Shown piece by piece: positions 39,561-48,122 of a stretch of DNA of 64,000 nucleotides. Origin of the DNA: Verrucomicrobiota bacterium. Lineage in GTDB: Bacteria > Chlamydiota > Chlamydiia > Chlamydiales > JAEYWL01. The DNA lies in contig JAEYWL010000062.1 of NCBI GenBank assembly GCA_023428915.1, positions 18,274 to 82,273 of the forward strand. The letters are read 5' to 3'. How positions within the stretch are numbered: position 1 is the stretch's first letter; each line of letters begins with the position of its first letter. The position numbers were made by a program, and so were the translations under genes. Below the pieces are notes generated by a model. The model made no database searches and was not told the DNA's origin. It worked only from the letters and a program-made list of their open reading frames with translations.

Positions 39561-40085
39561 TTAAGCTTGCACTGCCTGGGCATTGATGCCTGTTGTCAAC
39601 CATCCGCCTTCTGCAATTGATGTGAGCAACTCATTGGCGTTGCTTTCTTCATCTAATGTTGTGTCTAAAAGGTCTTCTACTTGATCAAAATTTAAATGAT
39701 GGGCAAAGGTTTTTAAGGTACCGTAGGCAGCAATTTCATAGTGCTCAATGCGCTGTGCTTTGTTGATTAACTCAGCATCTACGATAAAATCGGGATGTTT
39801 ATGATTGATAACTTCTTCACATTCGGCAATCAAGCCCTGCATGCCTTTGCATACTTCACCGCTAGGCTGTTCACCCAAGATTGAAAAAATCTCCTCAAGT
39901 CTTCTCACTTGATTTTTGGTTTCGGATAAGTGAGCCCTAAACGCTTCTTTTAAGTCTTTAGTGGTTGATGCCTGCGCCATTTTTGGCAACGCTTCTACTA
40001 TCTGATTTTCTGCACTGTAGAGATCGCGCAGTTCATCTACAAACATTTCATAAAATTGATCATGATTGGATTTTCTAGTAGCCAT
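39561..40085 (-). CDS. ferritin-like DUF892 (YciE/YciF family) protein
   Basis: ELRDLYSAENQIVEALPKMAQ...HLSETKNQVRRLEEIF is typical of DUF892. Start set at ATG 40085 (MATRKSN), which has AAGGAGG 5 nt upstream. Confidence 0.75.
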   Translation of the reverse strand: MATRKSNHDQFYEMFVDELRDLYSAENQIVEALPKMAQASTTKDLKEAFRAHLSETKNQVRRLEEIFSILGEQPSGEVCKGMQGLIAECEEVINHKHPDFIVDAELINKAQRIEHYEIAAYGTLKTFAHHLNFDQVEDLLDTTLDEESNANELLTSIAEGGWLTTGINAQAVQA

Positions 40086-40293
40086 GACAACCTCCTTGAT
40101 GGGGTTTGACAACTATCTATTATCACGTAATAAGTATGCGGCGTCTTAAAAACAAGCCGCATTAGTGAGATATATCGACTACGAGTAAGAAACGAAAAGC
40201 TATACGCTCTCCTAGTTTCAATTTAACATAACGGCAAAGAAAATGTAATAGAAAAGAGTTAATTATTTCCTCAAGTTAATAACCATTAACTAC

Positions 40294-41712
40294 TTAAAGA
40301 CTATTAAAATATTGTCCATGCAAACTGGGAGGGATGGCTTGGCTTATTTCAGCCCTGGCAATTTCTTTCATCTCTTTTGCCTCTAATATTAAAAGAAATG
40401 AAATTTTAGATTGCAGGTTGTAGACAACAGTGGCCACGATGCCGTCATCCTCATGCACAGCATCGGGTGCTTCAATAAATACCGGCTCGCCTGGATAACA
40501 GAACTCCTCGCGCCAATAATGCACGGTTCTTTTATGCAAATCGAGTTTCTTGATGGGCCGTATATCAGCGAAAACTTCGGGCCTGCGTATGTCAGCCAGA
40601 TAAAGATACTGATAGTGTTTGCCATCAAAGCGCCCATTAATGCGCGGAAATTCCATCGGCTCATGGTACAATTTTTCCCGCTGCACCTCGGATGTAGCCA
40701 GGTCGATGGTAAAGCGGCATAGCTTTTGATCATAAACAACGTCTTCAGAGGCTGCCATAACAGCCGGCCTATAATAGCGGCCTAAGCCCATAACAATTGA
40801 AGCGTCCGGATAGCAGACAATGTCGGCACTCACTTTACCTTCACTTTCAAAGGCGTTGGCATGATGAAACGCAAAAAAAGGATCGGTAACTGCGCGGCAA
40901 ATAACTTTGCCGCTGGAGCGTTCGATCACGAGAATCTCTGTGCCTTTTTCAGGATGCCAAGTAAAGTTGTCTATGAACGGCTTGCCCGAAAGCAGAAAGT
41001 TTAGCGGTTTGACTATCAGGGGGTATTGCGTCAGTATGATGTAATTGTCTGTTAAGGAAAAGCTGTGCATATATGAAGGTTCTGCGACAGGTATTTCAGC
41101 AAAAGGCACTCTCGCAGTATCTTTTAGAGTATAAATTACATATTTACTTTCTCTGCCGTAGTGAATGAGATAATTGACTGCCTGCTGTGTGTTTGGATCC
41201 GTGTGAGGGTGCGCTGACTCCCAGCAACTATCTTTAGGCAAAGCATCCGCATAATCTAATACGCCTAAGGTCTCAAGCGTTTCAGGGTCGAACCGTACGG
41301 GCAGGGGGATTTCAGTTAAAGCAACGAACTGCCCGGCATATTTGGCGACATTGATATTGGCATTATGCAGATGGTGCTTTTCTAAATGAAATAGGGCTGT
41401 AAAAAACCGGCCAAATAAGGTACGGCAGGGATCTGAGGCAAATCCAAGGTAATTTAGTGTTTTTTTCTGAAATACAGCATTGTAGGCATCTGTACGCAAA
41501 AATTTATTCGAATACCTAACTTCTCCATTTGCAAAAGAGAAAGCATGCAGCATGGCCAAACCATCAAACCAATGGGCATTGCTCTCTGTTCCAATTGTTG
41601 CATTTACAGGACCATTGCGCATGAGAACTCCGGAAAGCCAATTCGGAACGCTTCCTTTGACTTCCAGTTTGACATTTTCAAGCTCTTTCCTAACTTCTGC
41701 TACCGGTTCCAT
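40294..41712 (-). CDS. carotenoid/apocarotenoid (stilbene) cleavage oxygenase family protein
   Basis: Four conserved iron-ligand His contexts (ESAHPH, YMHSFS, FAFHHANAFE, PPSLHGQYF). The length of 472 aa fits the RPE65/CCO fold. Confidence 0.8.
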   Translation of the reverse strand: MEPVAEVRKELENVKLEVKGSVPNWLSGVLMRNGPVNATIGTESNAHWFDGLAMLHAFSFANGEVRYSNKFLRTDAYNAVFQKKTLNYLGFASDPCRTLFGRFFTALFHLEKHHLHNANINVAKYAGQFVALTEIPLPVRFDPETLETLGVLDYADALPKDSCWESAHPHTDPNTQQAVNYLIHYGRESKYVIYTLKDTARVPFAEIPVAEPSYMHSFSLTDNYIILTQYPLIVKPLNFLLSGKPFIDNFTWHPEKGTEILVIERSSGKVICRAVTDPFFAFHHANAFESEGKVSADIVCYPDASIVMGLGRYYRPAVMAASEDVVYDQKLCRFTIDLATSEVQREKLYHEPMEFPRINGRFDGKHYQYLYLADIRRPEVFADIRPIKKLDLHKRTVHYWREEFCYPGEPVFIEAPDAVHEDDGIVATVVYNLQSKISFLLILEAKEMKEIARAEISQAIPPSLHGQYFNSL

Positions 41713-41739
41713 TACTATTTTATACCGCCATTATGGGAT

Positions 41740-42954
41740 TTATTTTGTCCGTTGCAGATATAAGGCATCCCAGTCTGTTTGTACATGAAAAAACTTATCC
41801 AGGATCTGATAGGCTAACGAATGCACAAATTGGGTAGATTCCACATTGGCTAAGACGACAATGCCGAGATCCATGGCCGGCACATAGAGCATGACTGCGG
41901 CATACCCATCTGTAATTCCAGGGGCGTGGCAAATGAGCATCCCGCGATAGTCGTGAATAAACCAGCCATACCCGTAAGTAAAAAATTGCGCATCGGGAAA
42001 TAGCTGCTCTTTCTGACGCTCAGAAGCTTGTCCAAAAAAACCTTCAGCCGCAGCCAGACATTGGGGCTGCATAGCCTTTTTGCAAGTCCCCACTTTAAGC
42101 AAAGGTTCGTTAGAACGGGTATTTAAGGAAATCGCCTGCAAAAACTTGGCCATGTCTTCGGCTGTAGAATATACACCTGCTCCCGGAGCAATATTCTCCA
42201 GGCTTTCATAACCTGCCGGTTTAATCTGCCCCAGAACGACCTGATAAGGCAGGGCGTGGTTGAAATCATGCTGGAATTTCTGCCCTGAGGCACAGCTTCG
42301 ATCCATTTTAAGGGGCGAAAAGATTTCTTTTGCCACCATTTTTTCCCAAGAGCTGCCATACACTGTCTCCAGCAATTTCCCCGCTAAAACATAATGCAGG
42401 TTTTGATAGCCAAACAGTCCTCGAAAGCCATTCAAAAAGGGAAAAGTTGGCAGCAGCTCGAGCAGCTGCTTACGGCTTGCGGCAGGTTTGCCCTCTAGCT
42501 CTCTGCTAATCTCAGGCCCCTGCAACCCGCTATGCATGCACAGGCAATCATGCAGGGTTAAATGTTCGTAAGCATATTCGTTGCTGAGTTTAAAGAGCGG
42601 ATAATGCTTCGCAATAGGGTCCTCCCATTGCACTGCTTGTTTATCGACGAGAATACCTGCCAGAACAGCGGTAAAAGGTTTAGTCAGGGAGGCAATAGGA
42701 AAAAGTGTATGGGCATTCACATTATTGTGCATTTTCTTGGGATCTAAAGACTTAGTGCCATAACCCTTGCAGTGCAGCACTTGCCCCTCTTTAACTATAG
42801 CAACAGAACATCCGCAAATTTTCCAAAAGGACATGCTTTTATTAACGATGCTATCAAATGGATTGACGCTAGGCATCTCTTTAGCCTCTATGGTAAGGTT
42901 ATGTATGAGCAAAAAAGTTAAAATAAAAGCTATAATATTTGACATACAGGGCAA
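41740..42954 (-). CDS. serine hydrolase, beta-lactamase/PBP4*-like (class C family)
   Basis: SxxK motif (ASLTKPFT) after an N-terminal signal/anchor. A YxN-like region follows and the length is ~400 aa. Confidence 0.7.
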   Translation of the reverse strand: MPCMSNIIAFILTFLLIHNLTIEAKEMPSVNPFDSIVNKSMSFWKICGCSVAIVKEGQVLHCKGYGTKSLDPKKMHNNVNAHTLFPIASLTKPFTAVLAGILVDKQAVQWEDPIAKHYPLFKLSNEYAYEHLTLHDCLCMHSGLQGPEISRELEGKPAASRKQLLELLPTFPFLNGFRGLFGYQNLHYVLAGKLLETVYGSSWEKMVAKEIFSPLKMDRSCASGQKFQHDFNHALPYQVVLGQIKPAGYESLENIAPGAGVYSTAEDMAKFLQAISLNTRSNEPLLKVGTCKKAMQPQCLAAAEGFFGQASERQKEQLFPDAQFFTYGYGWFIHDYRGMLICHAPGITDGYAAVMLYVPAMDLGIVVLANVESTQFVHSLAYQILDKFFHVQTDWDALYLQRTK

Positions 42955-43760
42955 AAATGGGTGCCGCGCTGGGCGACTACTGTTTTACTGATAGGGCTTA
43001 GGCACCGCTCGCAGCTTTTGCCCTTGTTTCCATAGACTTTCAAGTGGTGCTGATTGCCTCCGCGGGTACCGGAAACTGTCTGGTAGTTGGGCTTGCCCTC
43101 GCCTAGGGAAGTGCCCCTATAAAGAATACTCTGCTCCAACACTTGCCGGATGGCATGATGCAAAGCTTGCATTTCTTTTTTAGTCAGGCTCGCAGCAGGC
43201 CGTAAAGGATGGATTTTAGCAAGCCACAGGGCTTCATCCACATAGATATTGCCTAAACCCGCAATTAGTGTTTGATCTAGCAGCAAAGGCTTAATGGCAC
43301 GCGACCTCGTGCTTAAAACTTTTTGCAGATATGCAATGGTAAAATCAGGAGATAAAGGTTCAAGGCCTAACTTTGCGGAAATGCTTTCACTGTCTTTGAC
43401 TAAATACCAGCGGCCAAATTTGCGCGTGTCATCAAAGCTTAGCGCTAGTCCACCTTTAAAAGTTATGCGCAATCTTTCATGTTTGCCGATCTCAGCAGGT
43501 TTTTGGCTGCTTAGCAAAAATTTTCCGGTCATGCGCAAGTGAACGAAGACTACATAGGGTGGAATTACCAGCTGAATGTATTTTCCCCGGCGGTGAACCT
43601 CCGTTACTTTTTTACCCAGTATGGCTTTGGAAAATACTTCAACTGGCACTTCAGCTATGGTCGAAGGATTAAAAACCTCAATGGCTTCAATCTCTTTACC
43701 CACTAGCCCAAATGCCAGAAGTTCATTCTTGATCGTTTCAACTTCCGGCAGCTCTGGCAT
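42930..43760 (-). CDS. mutM: formamidopyrimidine-DNA glycosylase
   Basis: N-terminal MPELPEVE catalytic Pro/Glu, an H2TH region, and a C-terminal zinc finger CERC...CPVCQ. Confidence 0.9.
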   Translation of the reverse strand: MPELPEVETIKNELLAFGLVGKEIEAIEVFNPSTIAEVPVEVFSKAILGKKVTEVHRRGKYIQLVIPPYVVFVHLRMTGKFLLSSQKPAEIGKHERLRITFKGGLALSFDDTRKFGRWYLVKDSESISAKLGLEPLSPDFTIAYLQKVLSTRSRAIKPLLLDQTLIAGLGNIYVDEALWLAKIHPLRPAASLTKKEMQALHHAIRQVLEQSILYRGTSLGEGKPNYQTVSGTRGGNQHHLKVYGNKGKSCERCLSPISKTVVAQRGTHFCPVCQIL

Positions 43761-43764
43761 AGGA

Positions 43765-44259
43765 TTACAACTGCTTTAAAGGTAATTGAGGCAAAATAAT
43801 TTCTTTAACTGTCTTAAAGACCATTTTTACTTCAGGCTGGGCAGGGCCGAAGCTCGGCATTTGCATTAAAAGCTCAACATCGCAATCCCCTTTAGCAACA
43901 GGGCGCTTTGCTGTAAAAGTGATTGTCGACTTTGTCGGATCTTTTTCAGAAAAAATCATTAATTCAATACCTTTATCTGCAATATCTGCTTTCTTAATGT
44001 CGGAAATGATGGCCGGGTATTCATACACCCATACAGAATCGCTTTTCACAAAGAAAAAGGTGATGTTGAGATCTTTAATTTTTCCATCTGCAACTTGTAA
44101 AAATCCAATGCCATAGTTTGGCAAAGGATTTTTTGCGTCATCTAATTTTACAGTGAATTTGAGCCGGTAGTTAGCCCCGTCGCCTTCCCATTGGCATTCG
44201 GCGCATAGTGGGGCAATAACCAGTAGCATAAGGGCAAAAAGCGCAAGGAATTGTTTCAT
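43765..44259 (-). CDS. exported hypothetical protein
   Basis: Signal peptide MKQFLALFALMLLVIAPLCA. 164 aa, no recognised family. Confidence 0.6.
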   Translation of the reverse strand: MKQFLALFALMLLVIAPLCAECQWEGDGANYRLKFTVKLDDAKNPLPNYGIGFLQVADGKIKDLNITFFFVKSDSVWVYEYPAIISDIKKADIADKGIELMIFSEKDPTKSTITFTAKRPVAKGDCDVELLMQMPSFGPAQPEVKMVFKTVKEIILPQLPLKQL

Positions 44260-44480
44260 TGTATATCTCCAGTAGTGTGTTTTGAACTAGCTGATATTAC
44301 CGTAAATCTTCCGGTTTATGAAGTCTTTTTTGTTAAAAATCTCACTCCCGGACCCTACCATAAAACCATATTCCTGCATAATAAAATGGAGTGAGGAACT
44401 GCTATGCAAAAACATCAAAATAACAGTGAAAATAATATCTCCTCTGACTTATACCTAAAATTGTTACCAAGGAGGTATTT

Positions 44481-45167
44481 ATGGCTAAAAAGTATTTCAC
44501 AGCTCTCGCTGCCGCTATGGCTATCCCATTCAGCTTATCAGCATTCTATCTCGATTTTGGACCTTTTGAGATGATTACAGATAGTCATGGAAATGCTAGC
44601 TACTATAATACGCAAGGTCAGCCTGCTGATCTCAGCGGCCCGGTATGTTATGCCATAAGACAGCAACGGTTATTAAGAATCATTGCTGAACGCCCTCCGG
44701 CTGACAAAAATGACACGCCTGATTTTTATCAAATAACTTTTGAACCTTATGCTGTAGGTCTTAACGATAACAATGAGCTTATGATTCGAGGATTTGCTGT
44801 GGGTGTACAGCAGATAAACGAAAAACCAACTCCGAAAGATGTGTCTATCCAAGGACAAGTCATTGAAAGAAATGGCCAAAAAACAATCATTATCAAAGAT
44901 TACCAGGAAAAGACCCCTGAAGGCTATGATCCTGAAAAAGACCGCAAGTATTTTAAAGACTATTTTGGGATTCCCCATGCAGAGGACAATTGGGATCAAT
45001 TCCGCCTTAAGAATATCCGCCGCATAGAAGTCCTCGACAACATGCCTTTCAATCCCAGAAAGGATTATAAGCCAGAAATCTACAACGATTTTGCGGAGCT
45101 CATTTGCAGGGTGAGAGTGGCAACCCCGCCGCCTCCATCGGAAGAAGCCCCTAATCCGCAAGAATAG
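44481..45167 (+). CDS. exported hypothetical protein
   Basis: AAGGAGG 5 nt upstream of the ATG and signal peptide MAKKYFTALAAAMAIPFSLSA. The antisense ORF 44673..45161 looks non-coding. Confidence 0.65.
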   Translation: MAKKYFTALAAAMAIPFSLSAFYLDFGPFEMITDSHGNASYYNTQGQPADLSGPVCYAIRQQRLLRIIAERPPADKNDTPDFYQITFEPYAVGLNDNNELMIRGFAVGVQQINEKPTPKDVSIQGQVIERNGQKTIIIKDYQEKTPEGYDPEKDRKYFKDYFGIPHAEDNWDQFRLKNIRRIEVLDNMPFNPRKDYKPEIYNDFAELICRVRVATPPPPSEEAPNPQE

Positions 45168-46509
45168 GGCGTTTCACTAGTTTGACAATGGTTTCTACGT
45201 GCGCGGTTTGCGGGAACATATCGTAAGGGGCTGCAACTTCTACGTTATAACCGCCCTGCTCGATAAGCACGAGCAGGTCCCGCGCTAATGTGCCTGGATC
45301 GCATGAAACATAAACCACTGTAGCCGGAGCCAAGCGGCAAATAGCCGCTAAGAAACTCGGCTCGCAGCCCTTGCGGGGCGGATTGACAAACAGGACATCT
45401 ATTTCTTCAAGCGTTTGAATGTACTCTTCAGCCAAAGCACACACAAACTCGGCATTATGAATGCCGTTCATGGAGGCATTTATCCTGGCATCTTCAATAG
45501 CCTCAGGAACAGCTTCAACGCCGATTACCTTTCTTGCAGCTTTTGCGGCATGCAGCGATAATGTGCCAACTCCGCAGAACGCATCTAAAACTATCTCATT
45601 CCCTTTGAGCGCGGCTAGCTCTACCGCATGCTTAAACAGCTTTTGAGCTTGATAAGGGTTGACTTGGAAAAAAGAAGCTGAAGAGATTTTAAAACAGAGC
45701 CCGTTCAACTCTTCAACAATAGATTCGCTGCCTCCAAGCAAGAGGTATTCGGGGCCTAGCACCGTATTGCCCGGCTCGCGGTTGATATTGACTACAAGCC
45801 CTGTTACATGCTGCAGGGCAAGAATTGCTTGAGCCAGCTCACGCGCCCCGGCCGGCCACTCAGCGGCAACCAGGGTGACCAACACTTGAGAGGTATTTAC
45901 AGCTGTTTTAATAAGCAGGTAGCGCAATATGCCGGAGGCTGTTTTCGGATCATAAGCAGCCAGGCCGGACTGAAGCAAAAGCTCTTTAACCGCAGTAAAT
46001 ATTTGATCTCCTAAAGAGCAATGGACAGGGCAGCTATTTATGGGAACCAACTCATGGGAGCCCCTTTCATAAAGGCCTATTTGCAGCTTGCCTTCTTTGT
46101 TTACTATCGGGAGCTGGATTTTATTGCGGTATTGGAATTGTTGAGGCGAAGGCTGGCAAGCAGATATAGGCAGCCCGCGTAAATTGGCTAATTTAGCAAA
46201 GCTATTTACAACAAGCTCTCGTTTGTAGCTAAGCTGCTGCTCATAGCTCATATGCATAATCTGGCAGCCGCCGCAGGTTTCAAAGGATTGGCATGGAGGG
46301 GATATTCTGTGGGGGGACGGGTTCAGAATTGCTGCCAGCTTGGCCCTGCCATGCCTTTTGCCTTTATCCGAAAAACGCGCTTCAATGACTTCTCCCGGTA
46401 AAGTACGGTCGGCAAAGATAGTATACCCATGCCATTTGCCTACTCCCTCGCCATTAATGCCTAGATTAAGTATAGTTAAGTTGATTTTTTGTTTGATTCG
46501 AGGCTTCAT
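45151..46509 (-). CDS. rlmD: 23S rRNA (uracil-5-)-methyltransferase, RlmD/RumA family
   Basis: N-terminal TRAM-like domain, Fe-S Cys cluster (CQSFETCGGCQ...C), SAM motif DAFCGVGT and catalytic region VSCDPGTLARD. Confidence 0.85.
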   Translation of the reverse strand: MKPRIKQKINLTILNLGINGEGVGKWHGYTIFADRTLPGEVIEARFSDKGKRHGRAKLAAILNPSPHRISPPCQSFETCGGCQIMHMSYEQQLSYKRELVVNSFAKLANLRGLPISACQPSPQQFQYRNKIQLPIVNKEGKLQIGLYERGSHELVPINSCPVHCSLGDQIFTAVKELLLQSGLAAYDPKTASGILRYLLIKTAVNTSQVLVTLVAAEWPAGARELAQAILALQHVTGLVVNINREPGNTVLGPEYLLLGGSESIVEELNGLCFKISSASFFQVNPYQAQKLFKHAVELAALKGNEIVLDAFCGVGTLSLHAAKAARKVIGVEAVPEAIEDARINASMNGIHNAEFVCALAEEYIQTLEEIDVLFVNPPRKGCEPSFLAAICRLAPATVVYVSCDPGTLARDLLVLIEQGGYNVEVAAPYDMFPQTAHVETIVKLVKRPILAD

Positions 46510-46559
46510 TTAACTTCCTTAAAATTAGATAGATTGAACATTATAGCAGGAAAAAGAAC

Positions 46560-47525
46560 ATGAAAACACTTTTTATTTGTTTCCTCAGCTTTTTTCTAGC
46601 ATTTGCAATCAATGCTGCAGAAGAACAGGCCCCAGCCCCGCTTCTGGTTTGGGATGGCATCAATCATACAGATGGTTTGCCGATAAACTTTCGCTCCACT
46701 AACTCCTCATTACCCACAATATCCCTGGAAAACCCTTCTCCCGAAGGGCTTAAAGCCCTGCACATCTCCGGCAGCAGCCAGTTTTCAAAACAGGAACTAT
46801 TAAAGATTATCGAAACCGTCGGAACTGCAAACGGCAAACTGTATATCATCGATTTGCGCAATGAATCGCATGGTTTTTTAAATGATTTGCCTGTCAGCTG
46901 GTATGGAGTTAAAAATTGGGCCAATGCCAGTTTGAGCTCTAAGGCTATCGAGCGGCAGGAGGAATTGCTGCTGGCAAACCTGGCAAAAGAAAAAGAAGTA
47001 CAGGTCTATACCATTTTAAAAAAGAATGATAATGGGCAGATCGAAAACACTTCAGCCGAAAAGGTAGTTGTCAGCAAAGTCTATAGCGAACGGGAGCTTG
47101 CCAATCAGCTTGCCCTCCCTTATCTGCGTTTCTATGTTAAAGATGAAACATTCCCTTCCCACGAAGAAATTGATGCTTTTATCCAATTTGTAAAAGATTT
47201 ACCGGAAAAACACTGGCTGCATTTTCATTGCCGCGCAGGCAAAGGGCGTACCACAACCATGATGGCGGTTTATGACATTTTGCAGAATGCCAAAAAAGTC
47301 TCGCTTGAAGATATTATTACCCGGCAATATCTTTTGGGCGGAGTTAATTTGGCGGAAGTAGATCGAGGCCAAAACTACAAAACTGAGAATTTTAAAGCCA
47401 GGCTCGCTTTTATCAAAAACTTTTACGAGTATGCTAAAACCAATGATGACGATTACGACACCTTGTGGAGCGACTACCTCAAAGGCGAGCTCGTCAGCCT
47501 GAGAGAAATCCGCGCTAAAAATTAA
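46560..47525 (+). CDS. secreted protein-tyrosine-phosphatase-like phytase (inositol polyphosphate phosphatase)
   Basis: Signal peptide, then P-loop HFHCRAGKGRTTTMMA (HCxxGxGRT). An upstream FYVKDETFPS is a candidate general-acid loop. Resembles PTP-like phytases. Confidence 0.7.
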   Translation: MKTLFICFLSFFLAFAINAAEEQAPAPLLVWDGINHTDGLPINFRSTNSSLPTISLENPSPEGLKALHISGSSQFSKQELLKIIETVGTANGKLYIIDLRNESHGFLNDLPVSWYGVKNWANASLSSKAIERQEELLLANLAKEKEVQVYTILKKNDNGQIENTSAEKVVVSKVYSERELANQLALPYLRFYVKDETFPSHEEIDAFIQFVKDLPEKHWLHFHCRAGKGRTTTMMAVYDILQNAKKVSLEDIITRQYLLGGVNLAEVDRGQNYKTENFKARLAFIKNFYEYAKTNDDDYDTLWSDYLKGELVSLREIRAKN

Positions 47526-47722
47526 GCAAAATTTAAACGCAAAGACGCTAACATACTTTTACGCGCATCTTTTTCATTTAAAAATAACACTCATAAATAC
47601 AATACTTTATTTCAAAATCCTCTGTGTCTCCGCGGCTCTGCGTTAATCACTTATAAAGATAGTTGTTTATCCTATAATGCTTGCTGTTTATCTTTGCGTT
47701 TAATTAATAACATCAGTAGAGC

Positions 47723-48010
47723 TTATCTGGGCTTCGGATTGTCGAAGGTGACGTTAAATTTAGCGGGCCCAGGCCTTGTGGCAGGCTCAGTGATTATGTG
47801 TGCCTGAAGGGTGTTTTTATTGGTTACGATCAAAAAGCCATCCTGCGACCGTTCAATAGATTCAATATAATCAGCGCTTGTCAATCTTTTAGATAATTCC
47901 GGGCTTTGCAATACGGCCTGCAACTCAGCCAGGCTTTGATAAAGCGGGGGCAGCGCTGCCTCGCCATAGCAAGTAATAGCCATGAGGATCCCGATTAATC
48001 TCGCTTTCAT
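47723..48010 (-). CDS. small exported hypothetical protein
   Basis: Signal peptide MKARLIGILMAITCYGEA. 95 aa, no recognised family. Confidence 0.5.
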   Translation of the reverse strand: MKARLIGILMAITCYGEAALPPLYQSLAELQAVLQSPELSKRLTSADYIESIERSQDGFLIVTNKNTLQAHIITEPATRPGPAKFNVTFDNPKPR

Positions 48011-48122
48011 AATGCCTCCTAAAATTTTTGCATGATGATACCTAAGTTTCGAATGTACTTCGGTATAAATAAATATTTATTATATACATATTTTGGAGAC
48101 AAAACACCAGAAGGGACATGCC

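Noticed and set aside
44404-44577. Short upstream ORF (MQKHQNNSENNISSDLYLKLLPRRYLW...) overlapping the start of 44481..45167 in another frame
   Set aside because: No ribosome-binding site. It reads through the SD and signal-peptide region of the better-supported gene.
44673-45161. 162-aa minus-strand ORF opposite 44481..45167
   Set aside because: The plus-strand ORF has AAGGAGG plus ATG and a clear signal peptide. The minus-strand product is Arg/Phe/Ile-rich with no start context.
47533-47703. Perfect 13-bp inverted repeat TTAAACGCAAAGA / TCTTTGCGTTTAA separated by ~147 bp in the intergenic region after the phytase gene
   Set aside because: This could be MITE termini, but a single 13-bp AT-rich match within 200 bp is near chance expectation for a 64-kb window. 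There is no second copy in the window.
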